64,000 nucleotides of DNA, taken from positions 1 to 64,000 of the forward strand of contig MCFE01000289.1 of the NCBI GenBank assembly GCA_002104905.1, written 5' to 3'. The translations under genes were made by a program, and so were the position numbers. This DNA is from Basidiobolus meristosporus CBS 931.73. Its lineage: Eukaryota > Fungi > Basidiobolomycota. Shown piece after piece: positions 12,101 through 21,552 of the stretch. Within the stretch, counting starts at the first letter, position 1. Each line of letters begins with the position of its first letter. The notes under the pieces are model-generated. The model was given only the letters and a program-made list of their open reading frames with translations. It ran no database searches and was not told the DNA's origin.

Positions 12101-12500
12101 CACACTCACAATATGTATTTATTACTCATGAATATTTTGTTGAGTGGGAGTGTTGTAATTATTGAATTGTCACCTAAATATTCATGCTAACTTAGTCACA
12201 TAGATCTTATTCTGTGATTAGCATTCTGTCCTGACTAGATTTCTTGTCGGGATTTACTTAGAATATTTTCACCAAATTGTCAGGTACCCAGATTATTATT
12301 TTTCTCAAAGTCGTCTAAAAGACCCCAAACTTTGCACACATATTCTTGGGACCTTCCTTAACAAACTCTACAAATTTGTTTTCCTCTACTTTATCAAAAG
12401 TATAAATACCATACTTTTGATCAATATATCTACAAGTGAATAACATGTAAATCTTCTAGTTCTCCACATCACTTCCAATACTCCTCAGAATATTGCAACA
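9184..12500 (+). mobile_element. Complete non-autonomous LTR retroelement (LARD/TRIM-like), 3317 bp, TSD TTTAT
   Basis: LTRs 9184-9533 and 12151-12500 (350 bp each, about 6 differences by eye). PBS GGTTATGAGCCC at 9534-9545. PPT GAGTGGGAG at 12142-12150. Perfect TTTAT duplication. No gag/pol motifs in the 2.6-kb interior. Confidence 0.9.
11589..11817. repeat. Two imperfect direct repeats of about 64 bp (11589-11652, 11754-11817) inside the non-autonomous element
   Basis: Shared core CGTAAATGACAAAACCTTAACTTGACC-N7-GGTCA. Each copy ends in a small TGACC/GGTCA inverted repeat. Confidence 0.8.
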
Positions 12501-13023
12501 TTTATTACTGCTTCTTTTATTGTCTTTGTGCAGAAGTCCATAAACTGGCAGAAGACTGATTTCAAAATAGTCCCTGATGATTCTGAGTCCTTTGATTCAC
12601 TACTGCTCAACAAGTTACCTGTTCCTGTTGCCATCCTGTCTTTCTTTGCTGCAATCAAGAGACTGTTGTAAGAGTCTTGGAGATATTGGAAGTGATTGGG
12701 AGAACAAGTAGATTATGTGGTTTTCACTTAATGATTTATTGAATGTAAAAGTGGTATTTATACTTTTACCTGGTCTTGGCATTACAAACACGTAGAATAG
12801 GTTAAGGAAGGTCCCAAGAACATGTGTGCAAAGTTTGGGGCTGTTTGGACAACTTTGAGAATTTTCATGTTCTGGGTACCTGGTATTTTGGTGAAAATAT
12901 TCTAAGTAAATCCCGACAAGGAATTTGGTCAGTATTTTCTAGGATTTGAAGGTAATGATCTAAGTGACTAAGTTAGGTGAATATTTAGGTGGAAATACGA
13001 ATTTTTACAACACTCCCACTCAG

Positions 13024-16000
13024 CTAAATGTTCATACTGACTAGTCCTAATTTTGACCTAAGATATTCAAACTTGTCTCTAGCTAATGGTTTGGTAAATA
13101 TGTCTGCAATCATTTCATCTGTAGGACAGTAAACTAATCTAACTAAGTTACTCTCTATAGCTTCACGTATGAAATGATGTCTAATATCTATGTGCTTGGT
13201 TCTAGCATGAAAAGTTGGATTTCTACCTAATTGTATACATCCTTGATTATCTTGAAATAAAGTAATAGGCGTTTTTTGACATAGGCCTAAATCTGTAAAC
13301 AGCTTTCTTAACCACATTGCTTCTTTTGTAGCCTCACAGGCTGCCATATATTCTGCCTCTGTAGTAGAAAGTGCTACGGTTGGTTGCTTTCTTGAATTCC
13401 ATGAAATTGCTCCTTTACAGTAAAGAAAGGTGTATCCTGTGGTGGATCTTCTGTCTTCTAAATTTCGTCCCCAATCAGCATCAGAGTATCCCACAAGATC
13501 CTGTTCTGAATCCTTATAAGTGTATCTTAAGCAGATATCAGCAGTTCCTTTTAGGTATCTAAAAATCCGCTTAACTGCTGCAATATGATCAGATCCATAA
13601 TTCTGATTATGTTGGCTGACAACTCCCACTGAATATGAGATATCTGGACGTGTTCCAAGCATGATATACATCAGACTGCCGACCATAGATTGATAAGGAA
13701 AGTCAGGGCTTTCAGATGGCACCAAGCTCTCTTGATTTGGTTGAGTTTTGACCAAGTTAAGGTTTGTCTCCATTGGGGTAGCTGCCGGTTTACAGTCTTC
13801 CATTTTGTACTTCTTTAGTATGTCTTGAATATACTTGGATTGGCTTAGGGTAATAGTCTGGGTACTTCTGTCTATGGAGAACTTAATCCCTAAGTAGTAA
13901 CTGAGTTCTCCTAGATCGGACATCTTGAACTCCTTAGATAGGCTGGATTTAGTCTCTTCCAATGTTTCTAGGTTATTGGTGGCTATAATAAGATCATCCA
14001 CATATAGAGCTAATAGAACTGGATTTGGTCTATCTGGCTTATAGTATATACTATAGTCAGCATTACTCCTTTTGAAACTCAAAGATTCCAAATAAGAATC
14101 TATCTTGCAATTCCAGGCTCTCGGTGATTGTTTGAGACCATATAGTGACTTTTTAAGCTTGCAGACCAAATGGGGGTTATCTTGGTCAACAAACCCATCA
14201 GGCTGGTCCATATACACATCCTCATCAAGTTCTCCATTCAAAAATGCAGTTTTTACATCCATTTGATGAATAAAAAACTTATATTTGGCTGCAATAGCCA
14301 ATATTAATCTGATGGAATTAAACTTGGCTACCGGTGCAAAGGTCTCAGTATAGTCAAGTCCTTTTGTTTGAGAGTATCCTTTGGCTACAAGTCTTGCTTT
14401 GTATCTCTCAATTGTACCATCAGCCTTGTACTTTGTCTTGAAGACCCATCTGCATCCAATTGATTTTCGGTTGATTGGTAATTTGACTAAGTCCCAAGTT
14501 TGACTTTCCATCAGGGCCTGATATTCCTCAGTCATTGCAGATCTCCAAAACTTCGTCTGAGGGCTATTTAGGGCCTCTTTTACAGTCTGGGGTTCATCAA
14601 TATGGACTGAATAGGCATAGGCTAAGTTTGTACCCTCATTAATATAGTAATTTGGGCTATTTCTTGTCCGATTTGATCTCCGGGCATTTGATACTGGAAT
14701 GATCACTTCTGGGATATTCCTGGGCACTGATTCTGGCTGAACCACGGTTGTAGAGTCCTCTGGAGTGAAAAAATTTTCATTGTTTTGCTCTGATTCAATC
14801 CTGACAATTGGTGGACTTGAGATCAAATTTTCGTCATCATCTGATGTCATTTTTTGTGAAAATTTTGAATTTTCATCAAACAACACATCCCTGGACTTGA
14901 TCAGCTTCTTTGCTTCGGTATTGTAGAGTCTGTATGCCTTACTCTCATTGCAGTAGCCCAAAAATATGCATTTTACACTTTTTGGCTCAAATTTTGACTG
15001 ATTTCCGGCCAGTTTTTTGGCATATGCTGTACACCCAAATATTCTTAGATGTTCTGCACTTGGTCTGTGTCCATACCATGCTTCAAATGGAGTAGAATCA
15101 CGAAGTATTCTGTTATAACTCCTATTTTTAAGATATACAGCAGTGGCAACTGATTCCGCCCAAAAATCATAGGATAATTTTTGATCATGGATCATAGATC
15201 TTGCTATATCAATTATTGATCTGTTAGCTCGTTCTGCTACTCCATTTTGCTGTGGGGAGTATGGTACAGTAGTCTCTTGCTTTATCCCATGAATTTTGCA
15301 GAAGTGGATGAAGAGTTTTGAGGTATATTCTCCACCATTGTCAGAGCGTATTTTCTTGATTTTTTCACCAGTTTCTCTCTCCACCATGGCTTTAAACTCC
15401 CTTAGCTTAGACAGAGCTTCTTCCTTTCTCTCCATGAAGTAGACCCATGTGTATCTTGTATAATCATCAATAAAAGTGATTAAATACTTCATCCCGCCTA
15501 AGGATAAATTTTGCATAGGTCCACACAGATCTGAGTGAATTAGATCTAATTTTTTCTTAGTTTTGATTAACCCAGAGCTCTTGAACGGTTGTCTGGCTTG
15601 TTTCCCATATATGCAGGCTTCACAGTGCTCCAAATTAGCTGGGGGATCAATTTTCACTCCAGAAATTAGCTGATCTTTGATCATTTTACGCAAATAATCA
15701 AAATTGATGTGTCCAAATCTCCTGTGCCAAAGCATTGGTGTTTCTTCATTTAAGTTACTTATATTGGCTTCCAGATATGATGGAATATAAGTCAACTTGT
15801 ATAGGTTCTGATCTCTGATGCCTGAAGCAATATGAGCACCATTTTGATCAGTGATCCTGCATCCAGAATTGTCAAAACTGAAACTGAGTCCTTCTGCTGT
15901 GGCCTTGCTTACAGAGAGTAGGTTCTTGGCTATTTCTGGTACATAGAGTACTTCTTTAAAGGTCAGTGTATGGCTTCCTTCACTGCTTCTAAGGTTTACT

Positions 16001-16995
16001 TGGATAGTTCCTTCTCCCACTGCATCAAGTGTTCTATCGTCACCCATGAAAACCTTCTTAATTGGGATTTCTTGATATTGGGTAAAAAGTTCTTTTTGGT
16101 GTGTAAAGTGTTGAGAAGCTCCAGAGTCAATATACCACGTCTGAGAATCCTTGTTTGTGGTCATATTTAGTGCAGATATGAATAGTCTATCTTCAGTTGT
16201 TGCAGCATTTCCATATTCAGGCTTCTTTTGCTGATAATCTCTCTTTTTGAAACACCGGTCTGATGTGTGTCCTTTCCTTTTGCAGTAGTTGCAAAATAGG
16301 TTGCTGTTGCCTTTGTAGGGTCTTGGGTACCTCCTTTGTTGGTTATCATTGCTTATTAAAGCATTTTCTTCTTCCTTCTTATTGGCGCTTGATTTTCTTA
16401 ATTCTTCATCCAGGAGCCTTCCGTATACGTAATTTAAGGTCAAATCTTCAGTTCTGGACTCTAGGGCTGATACAAGGCCCTGAAACTCGTCTGTCAGGCT
16501 ATTCAGGATGGTAACTATCACATCCTCATCAGTAGTTGGTACGCCCACAGATTCCATCTCATCTACCAGCAGGGTAATTCTGTTAATTAGATTTTTCATT
16601 TCTTCTCCTGGCAGCATCTTTGTAGTAAAGAATTTTCTTCTCAGATACATTTTCTTGGCAGCTGAACATGACTGGTAGGTGTCTTCTAATGCTTTCCAGG
16701 CATTTTTTGCCGTTTTTGCTCTTGAGCATTGAATTAGCAATTTGTCCTTGACATTAAGGCAAATGCAGTTAAAGGCACTTTGTTCTTTCTTCTGGTACTT
16801 TAAGGCTTCCTCTCCCACGTTTTTAGGAGGGCATTCTTCTCCCATGACAATATCCCAAAGGCCTCTTTCTTGCAGCAGCATCTTCATCTTCACCTTCCAC
16901 ACTTGGTAGTTAGATCCATCCAACTTTTCAGCAGAGGGAAAAATTCCAGTAATAGCAGTAGTAGACATTGCAGAGAGTGACAGCTCGGGGCTCAT
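13024..16995 (-). CDS. Copia Gag-Pol polyprotein (gag, zinc knuckle, protease, integrase, RT, RNase H)
   Basis: CNYCKRKGHTSDRC knuckle. WYIDSGASQH protease. HRRFGH...CEAC, IHSDLCGP, RSDNGGEY, QNGVAER integrase. KARLVAKG, QMDVKTAFLNG, LYGLKQSPRAW, YVDD RT. SDADWG, AEYMA, KHIDIRHHFIRE RNase H. PR-IN-RT-RH order is Copia-type. Start is either the ATG in the PBS (16995) or 16968. Confidence 0.97.
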   Translation of the reverse strand: MSPELSLSAMSTTAITGIFPSAEKLDGSNYQVWKVKMKMLLQERGLWDIVMGEECPPKNVGEEALKYQKKEQSAFNCICLNVKDKLLIQCSRAKTAKNAWKALEDTYQSCSAAKKMYLRRKFFTTKMLPGEEMKNLINRITLLVDEMESVGVPTTDEDVIVTILNSLTDEFQGLVSALESRTEDLTLNYVYGRLLDEELRKSSANKKEEENALISNDNQQRRYPRPYKGNSNLFCNYCKRKGHTSDRCFKKRDYQQKKPEYGNAATTEDRLFISALNMTTNKDSQTWYIDSGASQHFTHQKELFTQYQEIPIKKVFMGDDRTLDAVGEGTIQVNLRSSEGSHTLTFKEVLYVPEIAKNLLSVSKATAEGLSFSFDNSGCRITDQNGAHIASGIRDQNLYKLTYIPSYLEANISNLNEETPMLWHRRFGHINFDYLRKMIKDQLISGVKIDPPANLEHCEACIYGKQARQPFKSSGLIKTKKKLDLIHSDLCGPMQNLSLGGMKYLITFIDDYTRYTWVYFMERKEEALSKLREFKAMVERETGEKIKKIRSDNGGEYTSKLFIHFCKIHGIKQETTVPYSPQQNGVAERANRSIIDIARSMIHDQKLSYDFWAESVATAVYLKNRSYNRILRDSTPFEAWYGHRPSAEHLRIFGCTAYAKKLAGNQSKFEPKSVKCIFLGYCNESKAYRLYNTEAKKLIKSRDVLFDENSKFSQKMTSDDDENLISSPPIVRIESEQNNENFFTPEDSTTVVQPESVPRNIPEVIIPVSNARRSNRTRNSPNYYINEGTNLAYAYSVHIDEPQTVKEALNSPQTKFWRSAMTEEYQALMESQTWDLVKLPINRKSIGCRWVFKTKYKADGTIERYKARLVAKGYSQTKGLDYTETFAPVAKFNSIRLILAIAAKYKFFIHQMDVKTAFLNGELDEDVYMDQPDGFVDQDNPHLVCKLKKSLYGLKQSPRAWNCKIDSYLESLSFKRSNADYSIYYKPDRPNPVLLALYVDDLIIATNNLETLEETKSSLSKEFKMSDLGELSYYLGIKFSIDRSTQTITLSQSKYIQDILKKYKMEDCKPAATPMETNLNLVKTQPNQESLVPSESPDFPYQSMVGSLMYIMLGTRPDISYSVGVVSQHNQNYGSDHIAAVKRIFRYLKGTADICLRYTYKDSEQDLVGYSDADWGRNLEDRRSTTGYTFLYCKGAISWNSRKQPTVALSTTEAEYMAACEATKEAMWLRKLFTDLGLCQKTPITLFQDNQGCIQLGRNPTFHARTKHIDIRHHFIREAIESNLVRLVYCPTDEMIADIFTKPLARDKFEYLRSKLGLVSMNI

Positions 16996-16999
16996 AACC
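16988..16999 (-). promoter_or_regulatory. Primer-binding site GGTTATGAGCCC (complementary to the tRNA-iMet anticodon arm)
   Basis: Directly abuts the 5' LTR end. Complement of GGGCUCAUAACC in initiator tRNA-Met, the half-tRNA priming mode known for copia and Ty5. Confidence 0.85.
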
Positions 17000-19152
17000 T
17001 GTTGTAAGAGTCTTGGAGATATTGGAAGTGATTGGGAGAACAAGTAGATTATGTGGTTTTCACTTAATGATTTATTGAATGTAAAAGTGGTATTTATACT
17101 TTTACCTGGTCTTGGCATTACAAACACGTAGAATAGGTTAAGGAAGGTCCCAAGAACATGTGTGCAAAGTTTGGGGCTGTTTGGACAACTTTGAGAATTT
17201 TCATGTTCTGGGTACCTGGTATTTTGGTGAAAATATTCTAAGTAAATCCCGACAAGGAATTTGGTCAGTATTTTCTAGGATTTGAAGGTAATGATCTAAG
17301 TGACTAAGTTAGGTGAATATTTAGGTGGAAATACGAATTTTTTACAACAGAGAGGTTCTAGACCTCTTAATTGGCTTCTTTATTTGTACTTAGATTAGTT
17401 CTTGCCTCAAATAAAGATTTCACCAACTTGGTGACTTTCCCTCCCCTAATGCCTCTTTCATACTCATTGTCAAGTTCATTTCGCTCATATTGGCGTATGG
17501 GACTCTAACCCATAATCCCCGGGTCTGATGCCTTATCCATTAGGCCAATGCCCCTCTTTTGCTTGTTATGATTTACATCATAGCTGGTCATTCCCCACCA
17601 CAAGACTACCGAACGGCCAATACTGTAACAATACCCTATGTAAGATTCATGAATGTTTGATGGATTAAGGGCAAGGATAGCCCACATAAACGTTCTCTTT
17701 GAAATGCCTAACATAGCAAGGCTTTCCAAACTTAGGTACTACATTAAAAGATCAGCGGCTTTTGGCAAACTAAACGTACGCTGAATTCAAAAACCCCGCC
17801 TTCCCATCACCAATTACTATCTGATAAGAAAATCAACTTCATATCATGGAACGGCATCCGCAACCTTTGTGTAATCGATGGTAGCTCTTCACACAAGTCT
17901 AGACTCACAGCCTTCAAAGGTCATCTTCTGTTATCTCCTCGACAAGTATTCCCGCAAATCGTTTGTCGTCAAAATTGATTTTACGCACTGGCTGGTATAG
18001 TATCCCTAATCATGTCAACTGTCTTCGACTTGCTAATGGCAATAGTCTGGGTTGCAGTGTTTTTCTTGCTTACTAGTATAACTTGCTCCAAGACTCTTAC
18101 TCCCGGCTGACACTCTACTTGGCAGGAATGTATGAAAGAGGAAAGGTATGATATATAGTGAGCTTCTATTCATCCGGCTTTTCCCAGTCCAAATTTTCAT
18201 TTTTTGGGTACCTGATATTCCAAGTAATCTCAACAATGAGCAAAGTTCATAAGCTATGATCTGAGTGACTAAGTCTTGTAATAAACAAACAAGCGGCAGT
18301 TCGGGGTAAACATCTTCAAGTACCCGTCAATCGACAGCCCTAGACAGCAGCACCAACAAGTCGGGCGCACATTAAAAAAGCAATTCACTGAAAGACTATA
18401 TTGGGCGGCTAGAAGCAAGGTAACTGCCATCGGGGATGATCACTCCATTCTAGAAGCAAATGATTTCCCAAACGTATCCTATGTCATAGCTTAATTTCCG
18501 GAAATATTTGGAGCAATCTCCAGGCCACTTGGCTACCTCGGCCAAACTTCACTCCTCCTAGCTACTTGGTACTTTGCTACTTTGGTCAATCAGCACTCCC
18601 CCAGCTACTTAGTATAATCTCTAGGACGAATGAGGCAAGAATATAGGGGGCGCTCAAGAACAGCGCCACTTAAACACCTATAATCCCTCACCACCCATCC
18701 CTTACCGTCAATAAGCCACCCGTTGTCGAACCTAGAATGTGAGATTACAAGAACAGATGTTATTGGTGATTTAGGTAACCAGCAAATCAAACTGGTAGAC
18801 AGCCTGGCTAGCAGCCTGGTAAACGCCCTGGTTATTTGTTTTTGCCCTGATAACAACCAAAACGGGATTTAGCCTACGTAATATACCATGTGGCTTTTTC
18901 TGAGAATATCAATGGAGTAATCTCTGGATTATCCTAAATGAAGTTAGCATGGACATAGCACGTTAGCGGAGTTTCATTATTATAGTCGGAGAACAAATTC
19001 TTTGGATAAACAGGGCAGGCTCGACCCAGCCTAACCCTATCCCTAGCCTTCGAAAGTACAAGGTACAATTAGACTGCTGAATATAAATACTCTGGGCAAA
19101 GTCACTCAATCTCAAGCAAATCCTCTTCTCCTAGCCGAAAACATCAGCCTCA

Positions 19153-20835
19153 ATGGTCGCTATTAAGCTCCTGACCGGTCTCTCTCTATTCGCAGCCTCT
19201 ACCATGGCGTGGGTTTGGCCTTTACCTCAGAAAATGGAGGTTGGCCATGATATCCTTCGCCTTGATGATCGATTCTGGATTCATTACAATGCACCTTATG
19301 AAACCCATGACATTATTCGTAGAGCCATCACTCGCTATAAGAAGCTGATCTTCATCAAGGGTGTATTTGGGGACCAACTCGATACTGTAAGTCAAACGGT
19401 ATTCCCTGAGGTTAAAACTTCGGTTCCAGAGCTGCCTCCTCAACCAATGGGCTGGTATCCAAGCATGAACAGACTTGTCATCAACGTCGAGGACTCTAGC
19501 CTACGTCTCCAAATGGACACCGATGAATCCTATACCCTTGAAGTACCTACCGAGGGCGACTCTGTAATCACGGCCAAAACTGTTTATGGCGCTCTTCGCG
19601 GACTAGAATCCTTCTCCCAACTTGTCAAATGGCATAGCTCCACTGACGAATTCCGTATTCCCTTGGCACCCGTCAGCATTTCCGATCATCCCAAGTACTC
19701 TCATCGTGGGGTTCTCATCGATACATCGCGTAATTACTTGTCTCCAAAGACCATCAAGAGAACCTTGGATGCCATGTCGTACAATAAGCTGAACGTGCTC
19801 CATTGGCATATGATTGATTCTCACAGTTTCCCACTGAAGTCAAATGTCTATCCTGAACTAGCCAAGGCTGCATATAATGACAAGTGGGTATATGATGAAT
19901 ACACAGTTCGTGACATTGTCAGATACGCCAAGGATCGCGGAATCAGAGTCATGCCCGAGTTCGATATTCCTGGCCATTCTTACTCTTGGGGCATTGCCAT
20001 GCCTGAGATCGTTTCATGCATGAACAGACAACCCGACTGGGCTGACTTCGCTGCTGAGCCACCTAGTGGTCAACTTAATCTCATTAACCCCAAGACTTTG
20101 GATGTGGTACGCAACCTTCTGAAAGATACCACGAAGTGGTTCGAAGAGGAATTGTTCCATATTGGTGGTGATGAAGTTAACATGAAGTGTTGGGAAACTT
20201 CCCCAGGATATCCCGAGTATCTCAAGAAACACAACACCACCTTGGACGCACTCTTTGCTGATTTCATTCACAAGGATCACAGCTATGTTAGAGAAAACAA
20301 CAAGGTTCCTGTCACCTGGCAAGGCGCACTCCTTACCCAGAACGTCACCATGAAAGACGATGTTATCGTTCAAACATGGCTCGGTAACTCGGCTACCGTA
20401 GCTGCTGTCCGTCTAGGCCATCGTGTGATTGCATCCAACTACGAACACGCCTATTTGGATTGTGGACATGGTGCCTGGATTGCTTCTAGCCTGGGTAATT
20501 CCTGGTGCGACCCTTACAAGTCATGGCAAGTGATTTACTCATACGACATGACTGCCAACATGACTGAAGCCGAAGCCAAGCTAGTTATCGGTAGTGAGAC
20601 CGCCATGTGGGGAGAACAAGTTGACTCTATCAACTTTGACGCCCGTGTCTGGCCTCGTGCTGCTTCCTCAGCCGAAGTTCTTTGGAGTGGAAATACCCTT
20701 GCCAATGGAACCATGAGACCTACTGCTGATGTCTCGCCAAGAATCAACGAGATGCGTGCTCGTCTAGTTGACCGTGGTATTGGTGCTGATGCTCTTCAAC
20801 CTCTTTGGTGCCAGCGTTTCCCTGGCATGTGTTAA
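19153..20835 (+). CDS. Secreted beta-N-acetylhexosaminidase, glycoside hydrolase family 20 (intronless, 560 aa)
   Basis: Signal peptide MVAIKLLTGLSLFAASTMA. GH20 motifs HRGVLIDTSRNY, LHWHMIDSHSFP, PEFDIPGH, FHIGGDEV (catalytic DE), YLDCG, WGE, WPRA. TATAAATA at about 19083. Confidence 0.95.
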   Translation: MVAIKLLTGLSLFAASTMAWVWPLPQKMEVGHDILRLDDRFWIHYNAPYETHDIIRRAITRYKKLIFIKGVFGDQLDTVSQTVFPEVKTSVPELPPQPMGWYPSMNRLVINVEDSSLRLQMDTDESYTLEVPTEGDSVITAKTVYGALRGLESFSQLVKWHSSTDEFRIPLAPVSISDHPKYSHRGVLIDTSRNYLSPKTIKRTLDAMSYNKLNVLHWHMIDSHSFPLKSNVYPELAKAAYNDKWVYDEYTVRDIVRYAKDRGIRVMPEFDIPGHSYSWGIAMPEIVSCMNRQPDWADFAAEPPSGQLNLINPKTLDVVRNLLKDTTKWFEEELFHIGGDEVNMKCWETSPGYPEYLKKHNTTLDALFADFIHKDHSYVRENNKVPVTWQGALLTQNVTMKDDVIVQTWLGNSATVAAVRLGHRVIASNYEHAYLDCGHGAWIASSLGNSWCDPYKSWQVIYSYDMTANMTEAEAKLVIGSETAMWGEQVDSINFDARVWPRAASSAEVLWSGNTLANGTMRPTADVSPRINEMRARLVDRGIGADALQPLWCQRFPGMC

Positions 20836-21552
20836 AACCCTTTTTCTTGTTTATAAGTTGGATAGAAATATTAGTTAGAAATCATATGTTTGAAATGTAT
20901 TAAATTTGGAAGGCTCAACTAGAGTTTTTAGAAATTCTAGCTAAATAAACCCAGCGCCTGTGTCACTGTTGTATGCAAAATCTAGGCAAGTCTCGCTGGA
21001 GTTGATCGGCCCAAATATGATTTATATATCCGATCGGTCTCTATTTACAAAGTCCTCCACTAGCTTTAGGGTAGAGTGCATATCAGCGACTAAAATAACC
21101 TACATTAGGGATTTCTATTAGCATACAATGAATGCTTATGGATACCTCAACTCCAGCATCGATCACCCCGTAATTCACTATTTTTCCAGTTGGTGATCTT
21201 GGAAACACTAATGTCTGACGATCGTTCTGGTAAGGTGTCTCCTTCCACTGACACGCTCACATTTATTTGGCCCCTACTGGCTAAATTAAGCATCTGTCCT
21301 TACTGGCTCCCATCACCCCACCTCTACTCCACTTTCGCGCTTGTATAGTAAACATCAAATGTGTACTTGAACCAAAAGCCTGCCCCTGCTGATGTCTCCA
21401 GTAACAGATTAATTAGGTTTCAACTAGGGAACAAGCTCCTGCATTATTTAGTGGGAAGCTTCCCCAGGGGCGCGTGGTAAGATCCCATAAATGCTGGCAT
21501 CTTGTCGCCGAAAAACCCTCACAACCAGTACTCTTAACTTGCAAGTATCAAC

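Larger units (their letters stand above)
12664..17349 (-). mobile_element. Intact full-length Ty1/Copia LTR retrotransposon
   Basis: 5' LTR 17000-17349 and 3' LTR 12664-13012 are identical apart from one T in a T-run. PBS 16988-16999, PPT 13013-13021, single open gag-pol frame. Flanks GAGAC/GAGAG (4/5 TSD match). Confidence 0.97.

Noticed and set aside
16996-17127. N-terminal 44-aa extension of the Copia ORF starting inside the 5' LTR
   Set aside because: The upstream ATG lies near the LTR TATA-like box (AAGTATAAATA), probably upstream of the transcript start. Treated as chance open frame.
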